NCBI RefSeq assembly: GCF_023264895.1
Contig: NZ_JAHFUY010000019.1
Location: 25,013 to 89,012 of the forward strand
Length of the DNA stretch: 64,000 nt
Reading direction: 5' to 3'
DNA from: Herbiconiux sp.
GTDB lineage: Bacteria; Actinomycetota; Actinomycetes; Actinomycetales; Microbacteriaceae
In this document: in pieces, positions 1 through 8,838 of the stretch
Numbering within the stretch: position 1 is the first letter of the stretch
How the letters are laid out: every line of letters starts with the position of its first letter
Translations under genes and position numbers: made by a program
The notes under the pieces: model-generated
What the model was told of the DNA's origin: nothing
The model's input: only the letters and a program-made list of their open reading frames with translations
The model's database searches: none

Positions 1-438
1 GGGGCCGGCCACAGCACGAAGCTGCTCAACAACTTCCTGAACGCCATCAGCCTCGCGGCCACCGCGGAGGTCATGGTGGCGGCGAAGAAGGCGGGGCTCG
101 ACCTCGCCACGGTGCTCGACGTGCTGAACTCCAGCTCGGGCGTGAACTTCGCCACCCTCAACCGGTTCCCCAAGATCATCACGGGCGACTACCTCAAGGG
201 CGGCCTCACGAACGCGCTGATGATGAAGGACGTCGTGCTCTACGTCGACCACCTGCACGAGCTGGGCGTCGCCTCGCTCAACTCCGCCGGACCGCTCGCG
301 AGCTTCGGCCTCGCCCAGTCGCTCGGCTACGGCCAGGAGATCAGCAACACCGTCGTCGACGCGATCGGAGACGTCTCGGGGCGCGTGCGACTGCACGAGC
401 CGGAATCGACCCCACGACACGAAGGACAGAAGCCATGA
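1..438 (+). CDS. NAD(P)-dependent oxidoreductase, 3-hydroxyisobutyrate/6-phosphogluconate dehydrogenase family, C-terminal part (5' end lies outside the window)
   Basis: Frame 1 is open from base 1 (GAGHSTKLLNNFLNAISLAATAEVMVAAKKAGLD...), typical of the helical C-terminal domain of HIBADH-type enzymes. The stop overlaps the next start (ATGA at 435-438). Confidence 0.8.
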   Translation, partial: GAGHSTKLLNNFLNAISLAATAEVMVAAKKAGLDLATVLDVLNSSSGVNFATLNRFPKIITGDYLKGGLTNALMMKDVVLYVDHLHELGVASLNSAGPLASFGLAQSLGYGQEISNTVVDAIGDVSGRVRLHEPESTPRHEGQKP

Positions 439-884
439 CCGACCAGGAGACCACGAAGCAGGATGCCCCTCGCAGCGCTTCGAAGCACGACGCCACGCGG
501 GGTGAGACCTACGAGGCGGGTCTGAACGTGCGCCGCGAGGTGCTCGGGGCCGCCCACGTCGACCGCTCACTCGGTGCCGTCACGGAGTTCTCCCGCCCCA
601 TCCAGGAGCTCGTCACGGAGTACTGCTGGGGTGCGGTCTGGACCGACGACGGCATCGACCGCCGCACCCGGAGCCTGCTCAACCTCGTGATGCTCACGGC
701 ACTCAACCGCTCGCACGAGCTGGGCGTGCACGTGCGCGGCGCGATCCGGAACGGCGTCACGATCTCCGAGATCCAGGCGACCCTCATGCAGACCGCCATC
801 TACGTGGGCGTGCCGGCGGCGCTGGAGTCGTTCCGCGTGGCCGAGGCCAAGCTCGACGAGATGAAGGCGGCCGGCGAGCTGTGA
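435..884 (+). CDS. carboxymuconolactone decarboxylase (CMD/AhpD-like) family protein
   Basis: 149 aa. Contains ELVTEYCWGAVWTDDGIDRRTRSLLNLVMLTALNRSHELGVHVRGAIRNG...IYVGVPAA, the pattern of gamma-carboxymuconolactone decarboxylases. Start and stop are coupled to both neighbours. Confidence 0.85.
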   Translation: MTDQETTKQDAPRSASKHDATRGETYEAGLNVRREVLGAAHVDRSLGAVTEFSRPIQELVTEYCWGAVWTDDGIDRRTRSLLNLVMLTALNRSHELGVHVRGAIRNGVTISEIQATLMQTAIYVGVPAALESFRVAEAKLDEMKAAGEL

Positions 885-1825
885 GCGATGTGAGTGAGCC
901 CGAAGTGAATCAGCCCGAGGTGAAGAAGCCCGAGGTGAAGCAGACCGTCGGCTTCGTCGGCCTCGGCAACATGGGCGGCCCGATGTCGGAGCGCCTCGTG
1001 GCCGCCGGCTACCCCGTTGTGGGGTTCGACCTCGCGCCCGCCGCCCGCGAGCGGCTGGCCGCAGCCGGCGGTGCCGCGGCCGAGACGGCGGGCGACGTCG
1101 TGTCGCAGTCGGACGTCGTCATCCTCATGCTGCCGAACTCCGACATCGTCGAGAGCGTGCTGACCGGCGAGGACGGCGTGCTCGCCGGTGCTCGCCCGGG
1201 CACGCTGTTCGTCGACATGAGCTCGTCCGAGCCGCTCCGCACGCGCGCCCTCGCCGAGGTCGTCGACGCGGCCGGATCGCGCCTCATCGACGCCCCCGTC
1301 TCGGGCGGCGTCAAGGGAGCCGTCGCCGGCACCCTCACGATCATGGTGGGCGGTGCCGAGGAGGATCTCGCCCGCGCCGTCGGCGTGCTGGAGGTGCTCG
1401 GCAAGCCCGCCCTCATCGGCGGCATCGGCGCCGGGCACGCGCTCAAGGCCATCAACAACCTCATGTCGGCCGCGCACCTCTGGGTGACGAGCGAGGCGAT
1501 GCTCACGGGCATCGAGTTCGGTCTCGACCCGAACGTCATGCTCGAGGCCATCAACACCTCGAGCGGGCGCAGCGGATCGACGCAGCTGAAGTGGCCGAAC
1601 TTCATCGTGGGCGAGACCTACGACTCGGGCTTCGGGCTGAGCCTGATGCTGAAGGACATGAAGATCGCGACCGGACTCGCCGAGAGCCTCGGCGTGCCGC
1701 ATACGCTGAGCGACAAGGCCGTGGAGCACTGGAGCGCCGCGAGCGGCGACCTGGGCCCCGCCGCCGACCACACCGAGGTGGCGCGCTGGCTGCGCGAGCG
1801 CGAGAACGAAGGGAGCGGCAAGTGA
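881..1825 (+). CDS. NAD(P)-dependent oxidoreductase, 3-hydroxyisobutyrate dehydrogenase family
   Basis: Rossmann motif VGFVGLGNMGGPMSERL and a HIBADH-like C-terminal domain. The GTG start overlaps the upstream stop (GTGA), so the exact start is uncertain. Confidence 0.85.
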   Translation: MSDVSEPEVNQPEVKKPEVKQTVGFVGLGNMGGPMSERLVAAGYPVVGFDLAPAARERLAAAGGAAAETAGDVVSQSDVVILMLPNSDIVESVLTGEDGVLAGARPGTLFVDMSSSEPLRTRALAEVVDAAGSRLIDAPVSGGVKGAVAGTLTIMVGGAEEDLARAVGVLEVLGKPALIGGIGAGHALKAINNLMSAAHLWVTSEAMLTGIEFGLDPNVMLEAINTSSGRSGSTQLKWPNFIVGETYDSGFGLSLMLKDMKIATGLAESLGVPHTLSDKAVEHWSAASGDLGPAADHTEVARWLRERENEGSGK

Positions 1826-2592
1826 CCGACGAGACTGGCAAGGCCGAGACCCGCAAAGCCGACATCCGGCGCGAGTACGAGGAGTCCCACGGGGAGTGGG
1901 ACGGCAGCACCCAGGCCGTGCTCGACCTCGACCCCGAGTTCCTCGCCGCCTACTCCAAGCTCGCGGGCGTGCCCGCGAAGGTCGGCGCACTCCCGGAGAA
2001 GGTGCAGCACTTCGTGCGCCTCGCCGTGGCGGCGAACTCGACCCACCTCTACCTGCCGCCCGTGCGCGGTCACATCCGCCGTGCCCTCGCCGCCGGAGCG
2101 ACCCCCGAGGAGGTCATGGAGGTGCTGGAGTGCTGCGCCACCCTCGGCATCCACTCGATGAACATCGGCGTGCCGATCCTCGTCGACGTGCTCGAGCAGG
2201 AGGGCAAGCGCACCGAGGCCGCCGAGCTCGACGAGTACCAGGAGCGGCTGAAGGCCGAGTTCACCGAGAAGCGCGGCTACTGGCACTCGTTCTGGAACGA
2301 GATCCTCGAGCTCGCACCCGAGTTCTTCGACGCCTACACCGAGTTCTCCTCGGTGCCCTGGGTGAGCGGCACGCTCGAGCCCAAGGTCAAGGAGTTCATG
2401 TACATCGCCTTCGACACGGCGGCGACGCACCTCTACACCTCCGGCCTCCGCCTCCACATCGAGAACGCGGTGCGCTACGGCGCCACCGCGGCCGAGATCG
2501 TGGAGGTCATGGAGATCGCGGCGACCCTCGGCATCCACGGTGTCTTCGAGGCCGCTCCCATCCTCGTCGAGGAGGCGCGGAAGCTCTCATGA
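1822..2592 (+). CDS. two-domain CMD/AhpD-like family protein
   Basis: The GTG at 1822 overlaps the upstream stop. Two internal repeats of the CMD-type helical unit are visible (...EEVMEVLECCATLGIHSM... and ...AEIVEVMEIAATLGIHGV...). The longer ORF-track start at 1591 lies inside the previous gene. Confidence 0.75.
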   Translation: MTDETGKAETRKADIRREYEESHGEWDGSTQAVLDLDPEFLAAYSKLAGVPAKVGALPEKVQHFVRLAVAANSTHLYLPPVRGHIRRALAAGATPEEVMEVLECCATLGIHSMNIGVPILVDVLEQEGKRTEAAELDEYQERLKAEFTEKRGYWHSFWNEILELAPEFFDAYTEFSSVPWVSGTLEPKVKEFMYIAFDTAATHLYTSGLRLHIENAVRYGATAAEIVEVMEIAATLGIHGVFEAAPILVEEARKLS

Positions 2593-4154
2593 CCCCCGAC
2601 ACCACCCCCTACGAGCTCAGCGACGGAACCGCAGCGCGCTTCCGCGAGCTGCTCGGCGACGAGGCGGTCGTGACCGACCGCGCGGGCCGCGACGAGTACT
2701 CCGATCCGTACTGGGTCAAGGGCGACCGCACCTACGACTCCTCCGCCGTGCTCTACCCCACGAGCACCGAGGAGGTGCAGGCCGTCGTGCGCCTCGCCGA
2801 CGAGCTCGGCGTGCCGCTCTGGGTCTCGTCCCAGGGCCGCAACAACGGCTACGGCGGCCCCTCGCCGCGCGTGGCCGGATCGGTGCTCGTGAGCCTCCGC
2901 CGCATGAACAAGGTGCTCGAGATCAACGCGCAGCTCGCCTACGCCGTGGTGGAGCCCGGCGTGAGCTGGATGGACCTGCACGCGGCGATCGCCGAGGCCG
3001 GGCACGACGACCTCCTCATCTCGGTACCCGACCTCGGCTGGGGCTCCGTGGTGGGCAACTCGCTCGACAGCGGCATGACCTACCTGCCGCTCGGCGTCGA
3101 CTTCCAGGCCCCCACCGGCATGGAGGTCGTGCTCGCCGACGGGTCGCTGCTGCGCACAGGCATGGGCGGCATCCCGAACTCGAAGTCGTGGCACGCCTAC
3201 AAGCGCGGCCTCGGCCCGTCGCTCGATCCGCTGTTCGTGCAGTCGAACTTCGGCATCGTCACGAAGATGGGCTACTGGCTCATGCGGATGCCCGAGGCCT
3301 ACGCACCGCTCTTCCTCACCGTGCCACGCGACCACCAGCTCGAGCAGGCCATCGACATCCTCCGCGAGCTCCGGCTCGACGGCGTCATCCGCGGTGTGCC
3401 CGTGATGCAGAACACGCTCACGCTCGCCTCGCACTTCCCGGAGCTGCTCGGCCAGATGCAGGCCGGCGGAACCCTCGGCCCCGAGCAGCTCGACGAACTC
3501 GCCGACATCTCGGGCGTGGGCCGCTGGGGCATGCGCACCGCGGTCTGGGGTGACGAGGTCGTCGTGGCCCGGCACGTGGAGAAGATCACCGAGGCCTGGT
3601 CGGCGATCGAGGGATCCCGGGTCGACCACCACCGCACCTACCTGCGCGACGAGTGGGACCAGATCGAGCACTTCGTCGACAAGGTGCAGGCGGGCATCCC
3701 GAACCTCGACATGCTCGAGTCGCTGCCGCCGGACTTCGGTCACGTGGGCTTCTCGCCCGCCGTGCCCCTCGTCGGCTCCGAGATGCGGAAGGTCATGGAC
3801 ACGCTCGAGGAGATCGTGACCCGCGACACCGGCAACAGCTTCCTCGTGGGCATCTGCGTCTCGAGCGAGCGCAGCGCGCTCGTGGTGAGCGGCTTCGGCT
3901 TCAACACCGCCGACGTCGACGAGACCCGCAACGCCTACGCCACCGTGAAGACGATGATCCGGGAGGTGGGCAAGCTCGGCTACGGCGAGTACCGCGCCCA
4001 CCTCGACTTCATGGAGGAGGCGACCGCCGAGTTCTCCTTCGGCGACCACGCCTACCGCCGCTTCGTGGAGCGGATCAAGGACGCCGTCGACCCCAAGGGC
4101 ATCCTCTCGCCCGGCCGGCACGGCATCTGGCCGTCCTCCCGACGAAAGCCCTGA
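2589..4154 (+). CDS. FAD-binding oxidoreductase, vanillyl-alcohol oxidase / p-cresol methylhydroxylase (VAO/PCMH) family, paralog 1
   Basis: The ATG at 2589 overlaps the upstream stop (ATGA). Shows PCMH-type FAD-binding region motifs (SSQGRNNGYGGPSP, VVEPGVSWMDLH) and the VAO-type C-terminal end (GYGEYRAHLDFM...DPKGILSPGRHGIWP). Confidence 0.9.
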   Translation: MTPDTTPYELSDGTAARFRELLGDEAVVTDRAGRDEYSDPYWVKGDRTYDSSAVLYPTSTEEVQAVVRLADELGVPLWVSSQGRNNGYGGPSPRVAGSVLVSLRRMNKVLEINAQLAYAVVEPGVSWMDLHAAIAEAGHDDLLISVPDLGWGSVVGNSLDSGMTYLPLGVDFQAPTGMEVVLADGSLLRTGMGGIPNSKSWHAYKRGLGPSLDPLFVQSNFGIVTKMGYWLMRMPEAYAPLFLTVPRDHQLEQAIDILRELRLDGVIRGVPVMQNTLTLASHFPELLGQMQAGGTLGPEQLDELADISGVGRWGMRTAVWGDEVVVARHVEKITEAWSAIEGSRVDHHRTYLRDEWDQIEHFVDKVQAGIPNLDMLESLPPDFGHVGFSPAVPLVGSEMRKVMDTLEEIVTRDTGNSFLVGICVSSERSALVVSGFGFNTADVDETRNAYATVKTMIREVGKLGYGEYRAHLDFMEEATAEFSFGDHAYRRFVERIKDAVDPKGILSPGRHGIWPSSRRKP

Positions 4155-4202
4155 CCCTCCACCCACCTCTTCCCCACTTCCCCACTTCCCCAAGGAGCAA
4201 CG

Positions 4203-5594
4203 ATGCCCCAGGTCTCCGACGCGGATCTCTCCGCCCTCCGTTCCGAGCTGAACGGCCCCCTGTTCGAGCGCGGCGACGAGGGCTACCAGCCCGAGATCGA
4301 CGGCTTCAACTCGCTCTCGCCCATGCGGCCCGACTACGTGGTGGGCGCCACCTCGGAGGCCGACGTGCAGGCGGCGGTGCGCTTCGCCGCCGCGCACGGC
4401 CTCGAGGTGAGCGTGCAGGCCACCGGGCACGGCTCCTACCGGGGTGTCGACCACGGCGTGCTCATCCGCACCCACCGGCTCGACTCGGTGACGGTCGACC
4501 CGGCGGGGCCGACGGGGCCGACGTTCACGATCGGGGCGGGAGCGCGCTGGATGGGGATCCTGCCCCACCTCGGCGAGCACGGCCTCGCCGCGGTGACCGG
4601 CTCCTCCCCGAGCGTGGGAGCCGTGGGCCTCGTGCTCGGCGGGGGCATCGGGCCGCTCAGTCGCACGCTCGGCTGGGCCGCCGACCGCGCCGTGTCGTTC
4701 CGCGTGGTGATCGGCGACGGATCGGTCGTGGTGGCGAGCGCCGAGAGCGAGCCCGACCTGTTCTGGGCGCTCAAGGGCGGCAAGGTCGGCCTCGGGATCG
4801 TCACGGAGCTCACTCTCGAGGCGCTCGAGCTCACCGAGATCTACGGCGGCGGCCTGTTCTTCGCGCAGGAGGACATCGCCACCGTGCACCGCGCCTGGCT
4901 GCCGTGGGCGAAGAGCCTGCCCGAGTCGGCGAACACCTCCATGTCGATCGTGCGGCTGCCGCCCGTCGGCGTGCCCGAGCCGCTGGCCGGGCGCACGCTC
5001 GCGCACGTCCGCTTCGCCTACGTGGAGCAGGGAGCCGACGCGGCCGCACTCTCCTCGCGGGGCGCCGAGCTGCTCGCCCCGATGCGCGAGGTGGCGCCGG
5101 TCTACATCGACGGCGTCGACGTCATGCCCTTCACCGACGTGGGCACGATCCACGCCGAGCCTTTCGGCCCGCTGCCCATCTGGGAGCGCGGCGAGTTCCT
5201 CGATGACATCGACGAGACCTACGTCGAGCGCATCCTCGAGCACGCGGGCGGTGATGTCGAGGCGCCCTTCGCCAACGTCGAGACGAGGCTCCTCGGCGGC
5301 GCCATCGCGCGCGACGCCGCGCTGCCCAACGCGATCGGCGGTCGCGGGGCCCAGTTCTCGCTGCTCACCATCGCGGCCGTCATCCCCGGGGTCAACGACC
5401 AGGCGCTCCCCGTGGCCGGTCCCGCCCTCTACGACTCGGTGGCCGACTACTCGCACGACGAGATCAACTACAACTGGGCCGGGCACCCGAGCCCCGAGGT
5501 CTTCGCGCGGCTGTGGCCCGCCGACATCGCAGCCCGGCTCGCCCAGGTGCGCGAAACCTACGACCCGGCGGGCGTCTTCGCCTACGGGAACTGA
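4203..5594 (+). CDS. FAD-binding (PCMH-type, BBE-like) oxidoreductase
   Basis: AAGGAG ribosome-binding site 7 nt upstream. Shows a FAD_binding_4-like N-terminal part (VSVQATGHGS, TGSSPSVGAVGLVLGGGIGPLSR). Confidence 0.85.
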   Translation: MPQVSDADLSALRSELNGPLFERGDEGYQPEIDGFNSLSPMRPDYVVGATSEADVQAAVRFAAAHGLEVSVQATGHGSYRGVDHGVLIRTHRLDSVTVDPAGPTGPTFTIGAGARWMGILPHLGEHGLAAVTGSSPSVGAVGLVLGGGIGPLSRTLGWAADRAVSFRVVIGDGSVVVASAESEPDLFWALKGGKVGLGIVTELTLEALELTEIYGGGLFFAQEDIATVHRAWLPWAKSLPESANTSMSIVRLPPVGVPEPLAGRTLAHVRFAYVEQGADAAALSSRGAELLAPMREVAPVYIDGVDVMPFTDVGTIHAEPFGPLPIWERGEFLDDIDETYVERILEHAGGDVEAPFANVETRLLGGAIARDAALPNAIGGRGAQFSLLTIAAVIPGVNDQALPVAGPALYDSVADYSHDEINYNWAGHPSPEVFARLWPADIAARLAQVRETYDPAGVFAYGN

Positions 5595-5614
5595 CAGAGA
5601 CCCACCTACGACCG

Positions 5615-5649
5615 CGTACGCGTAGACCACGTACGCGTAGACCACGTAC
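5615..5649. repeat. 2.3 tandem copies of a 15-bp unit CGTACGCGTAGACCA, each carrying the palindrome TACGCGTA
   Basis: Read directly: units at 5615-5629 and 5630-5644, partial unit at 5645-5649. The repeat ends 15 nt upstream of the SDR start codon. Confidence 0.8.
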
Positions 5650-5664
5650 AAGAGGAGTGCACGC

Positions 5665-6522
5665 ATGACCAGCATCGCCGGACGGGTGGCCGTCGTCACC
5701 GGCGGCGCCAGCGGCATCGGCCGCGGCATCGCCGAACAGCTGATCGCCGAGGGCGCGCAGGTCGTGATCGCCGACGTGCAGCAGGATGCGCTCGACGCGA
5801 CGGCCGCCGAGATCGGCGCCACGGGCATCCGCGTCGACGTCACCGACCCCGCGAGCGTCGAGGCGCTCGCCGCCGAGGTGATCGAGCGGTTCGGCTCGGT
5901 CGGCATCGTCGTGAACAACGCGGGCATCGGAGCGCTCGGGCGCCTCGCCGACCTCTCGCTGGCCGACTGGAAGTGGATGATCGACGTCAACCTGTGGGGC
6001 GTCATCCACGGCGTCACCACGTTCCTGCCGCTCCTGAAGGCGAACCCGGATGGCGGCCACATCGTGAACACCGGATCGATGGCCTCCTTCTCGCCCATGG
6101 CGGGCGGCGGGGCCTACGCCGTCACGAAGTACGGCGTGGCCGCGCTCACCGAGGCGCTCGCGATCGAGCTCGAGGAGGACGGCGTGCCCGTGCACGTCAC
6201 GCTCCTCGCGCCCGGCACCGTGCGCACCAACATCAAGAACAGCACCCGCAACCGTCCGGCCGAGCTCGCGGGCGGGCTCGCCGACGTCGACATCTCGGAG
6301 GGCGTCGCCGCCGACCTCCGCTGGATCGACCCGATCGAGGCGGGGCGGATCGTGACCCGTTCCATCCGCAACGACGATCTGTACGCGCTCACGCATCCGG
6401 ACTGGTGGCACATCGTCGAGGGGCGGCAGACCGCCATCCGCACCGCCTTCGAGAAGTACCCGGTCGAGGATGCTGCAGCACTCTCGGCGGCTCCGTCGGC
6501 GGCTCCGGTGGTGGCGTCATGA
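5665..6522 (+). CDS. SDR family oxidoreductase
   Basis: GAGGAG ribosome-binding site. Shows VAVVTGGASGIGRGIA (TGxxxGxG), NNAG, and the YAVTK catalytic Y-x3-K. Confidence 0.9.
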   Translation: MTSIAGRVAVVTGGASGIGRGIAEQLIAEGAQVVIADVQQDALDATAAEIGATGIRVDVTDPASVEALAAEVIERFGSVGIVVNNAGIGALGRLADLSLADWKWMIDVNLWGVIHGVTTFLPLLKANPDGGHIVNTGSMASFSPMAGGGAYAVTKYGVAALTEALAIELEEDGVPVHVTLLAPGTVRTNIKNSTRNRPAELAGGLADVDISEGVAADLRWIDPIEAGRIVTRSIRNDDLYALTHPDWWHIVEGRQTAIRTAFEKYPVEDAAALSAAPSAAPVVAS

Positions 6523-7640
6523 CCACGTGGCGGGGGCGCGCCGGTGTGCTGCGCGCGATCAAGGAGCCGTTCTCCATCGAGGAGGTCGACCTGCTGCCGC
6601 TCGATCCGCACCGGGTCGTGGTGAAGACCCACGCGAGCCCGTTCTGCTCGACCGACGTGAAGAACTGGAAGGGCAAGCTCTACAAGATCCCGCCCACCAT
6701 CCTCGGTCACGCCTCGATCGGCGAGGTCGTGGAGGTCGGCTCGGCCGTCTCCGGCGTACGCGTGGGGCAGCGCGTCGTCGTGCCGGGAACCCCCGAGTGC
6801 GGCGTCTGCTACTACTGCAGCATCGGCGAGCCGTGGCAGTGCGGCGAGCTGTTCGATCTCGGTGGCATCTACCCCGACATCGCCGCGGGCGACGACGGTG
6901 CGCGCATCTCGTGCGCCGGCTGCGTGGGCGGCTACGCCGAGTACATGTCGATCTCGGGCAACCAGGTGTTCCCGGTGGAGTCTGATCTCGACTCCGACGT
7001 GCTCTCGATGCTCGGCTGCGGCATCTCGACGGGGGTCGGATCGGTGTTCAACGTCGCACAGGTGCAGCCGGGGGAGTCGGTGGCCATCGTGGGTGCCGGG
7101 CACCTGGGGCTCTGGATGCTGCAGGCCGCGCGGCTCGCGGGAGCGGGCAGCATCACGGTCGTGGAGCCGCACGCCGAGCGGCTCGCGCTCGCCGGTTCGC
7201 TGGGCGCGGATGTGCTCGTCGATCCGGGCTCCACGCCCGAGGAGGCCGCCGAGGCGCTCGCCGCCGTGCGGGCCGCCACCGGGGGCCGGGGTGCCGACGT
7301 GGTGCTCGAGGCCGCGGGCCCGGCGGTCTCGCAGGCCTTCGCCGTGCAGGCGTCGCGGCGGGGTGGCCGCACGGTGCTCACGGGCTTCGAGATCGGTGGG
7401 GCCACGCTGCCGCTGCCGCAGGTCGAGACCGCGCTGCAGAGCCGGCGCATCCTGAGCTCGCAGAACGGGCAGGTGCACATGAAGAGCGACCTGCAGCGCT
7501 ACACGGGGCTGCTCGAGCGGGGACTGCTCGACGCGGCGCCGATCCTGACGCGGCGCTACCCGCTCGAGGAGCTCGACCTCGCACGTGATCGCTCGGGGAG
7601 TCTCGACGACGTGTGCGGGGTGATCGTCTTCGACCACTGA
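6519..7640 (+). CDS. zinc-binding alcohol dehydrogenase family protein
   Basis: The ATG at 6519 overlaps the SDR stop. Shows CSTDV...GHASIGEVVEVG and the structural Zn motif ECGVCYYCSIGEPWQC, followed by a GAGHLG Rossmann motif. Confidence 0.9.
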   Translation: MTTWRGRAGVLRAIKEPFSIEEVDLLPLDPHRVVVKTHASPFCSTDVKNWKGKLYKIPPTILGHASIGEVVEVGSAVSGVRVGQRVVVPGTPECGVCYYCSIGEPWQCGELFDLGGIYPDIAAGDDGARISCAGCVGGYAEYMSISGNQVFPVESDLDSDVLSMLGCGISTGVGSVFNVAQVQPGESVAIVGAGHLGLWMLQAARLAGAGSITVVEPHAERLALAGSLGADVLVDPGSTPEEAAEALAAVRAATGGRGADVVLEAAGPAVSQAFAVQASRRGGRTVLTGFEIGGATLPLPQVETALQSRRILSSQNGQVHMKSDLQRYTGLLERGLLDAAPILTRRYPLEELDLARDRSGSLDDVCGVIVFDH

Positions 7641-7719
7641 GGTCGCGGGCTCTCGCGCCCGGGTCTTTTCTGGGTGGCGCCCGCGAGCGGTTCGGGCTCG
7701 GGCGGAGCACACTCGTCCC

Positions 7720-8736
7720 ATGCGCATCGTCATCGTGGGAGCCAGCGGCAATCTCGGAACGGCACTGCTCCGGCGGGCCCTGCCGGAGCCGGAGGTGCAG
7801 CTCGTGGGGGTGTCCCGCCGGCGACCGGCCGACGAGGCGCCCTACTCGGCTGCGGAATGGCATCCGCTCGACATCGCCGAGGGCGGTGCCACCGACCGGC
7901 TGCGCGCCGTGTTCAGCGGTGCGGATGCCGTGGTGCACCTCGGCTGGAAGCTGCAGCCCAACCATGACGAGCCCGAGATGGCCCGCACGAACGTGCACGG
8001 CACGGCAGTTGTGCTCGACGCGGCTGCGGCGGCAGGGGTGCCGCACGTGCTCGTGGCGTCGTCGGTCGGGGCCTACAGCTTCGGGCCGAAGCACGCGCGG
8101 GTGTCGGAGGACTGGCCGACGGGTGGGGTGCACACCTCGCACTACGCGAGGCACAAGGCCATCAACGAGCGGCAGATGGATGCCTTCGAGGCTACGCACC
8201 CGTCGATTGTGCTCACGCGAATGCGGCCGGGGCTCGTGTTCCAGCCGGATGCCGCGCGGGAGATCGCGCACCTGTTCGCCGGCCGGCACATCCCGGTGCC
8301 GCTGCTCGCGCTCGTCAAGCGGCTGCCCGTGCTGCCGCTGCCCACCTCCCTCATCTCGCAGGCTGTGCACGCCGACGACGTGGCGGATGCGTTCTGGCGT
8401 GCCATCGAGCGGCGTGCGGGCGGGGCGTTCAACATCGCGGCCGAGCCGGTGCTGGGGCCATCGGAGGTGGTGGGGGCGTTGGGGATCCCGCGCACGGTGC
8501 CGTTGCGTCGTCAGGTGCTGAGGGCGATCGTGGACGTCTCGTGGCGGCTGCGGCTGCAGGCGTCGGACCCGGGGTGGATCGACATCGCCACGTCGGTGCC
8601 CGTGATGTCGACGGCGCGTGCTCGGGCGGTGCTGGGGTGGGAGCCGACGGTGTCGTCGACGGCGGCGCTGCGGTCGCTGGTGGATGCACTCGGGGTGAAT
8701 CGGGGGCATGAGCCTTCGCCGTCGTTGGGGGCGTGA
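7720..8736 (+). CDS. NAD-dependent epimerase/dehydratase family protein
   Basis: N-terminal MRIVIVGASGNLG Rossmann motif and the YARHK catalytic Y-x3-K. Confidence 0.8.
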   Translation: MRIVIVGASGNLGTALLRRALPEPEVQLVGVSRRRPADEAPYSAAEWHPLDIAEGGATDRLRAVFSGADAVVHLGWKLQPNHDEPEMARTNVHGTAVVLDAAAAAGVPHVLVASSVGAYSFGPKHARVSEDWPTGGVHTSHYARHKAINERQMDAFEATHPSIVLTRMRPGLVFQPDAAREIAHLFAGRHIPVPLLALVKRLPVLPLPTSLISQAVHADDVADAFWRAIERRAGGAFNIAAEPVLGPSEVVGALGIPRTVPLRRQVLRAIVDVSWRLRLQASDPGWIDIATSVPVMSTARARAVLGWEPTVSSTAALRSLVDALGVNRGHEPSPSLGA

Positions 8737-8838
8737 GCGGCTGAGGGGATAGGCTGCCGCGCGCTTCGCGCTTGCCTTCGATGGGCGTGGTTCGGTTTTC
8801 AGGAGCCGGTGTCGGTGGGTACTGATTGAATAAAGCTC

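Noticed and set aside
2475-6098. A 1207-aa ORF on the minus strand, the longest in the track.
   Set aside because: It runs antisense across three well-supported plus-strand genes (VAO, FAD oxidase, SDR). It has an Arg/Gly/Ala/Val/His-rich composition with no recognisable motifs. Long stop-free antisense frames are expected in DNA this GC-rich.
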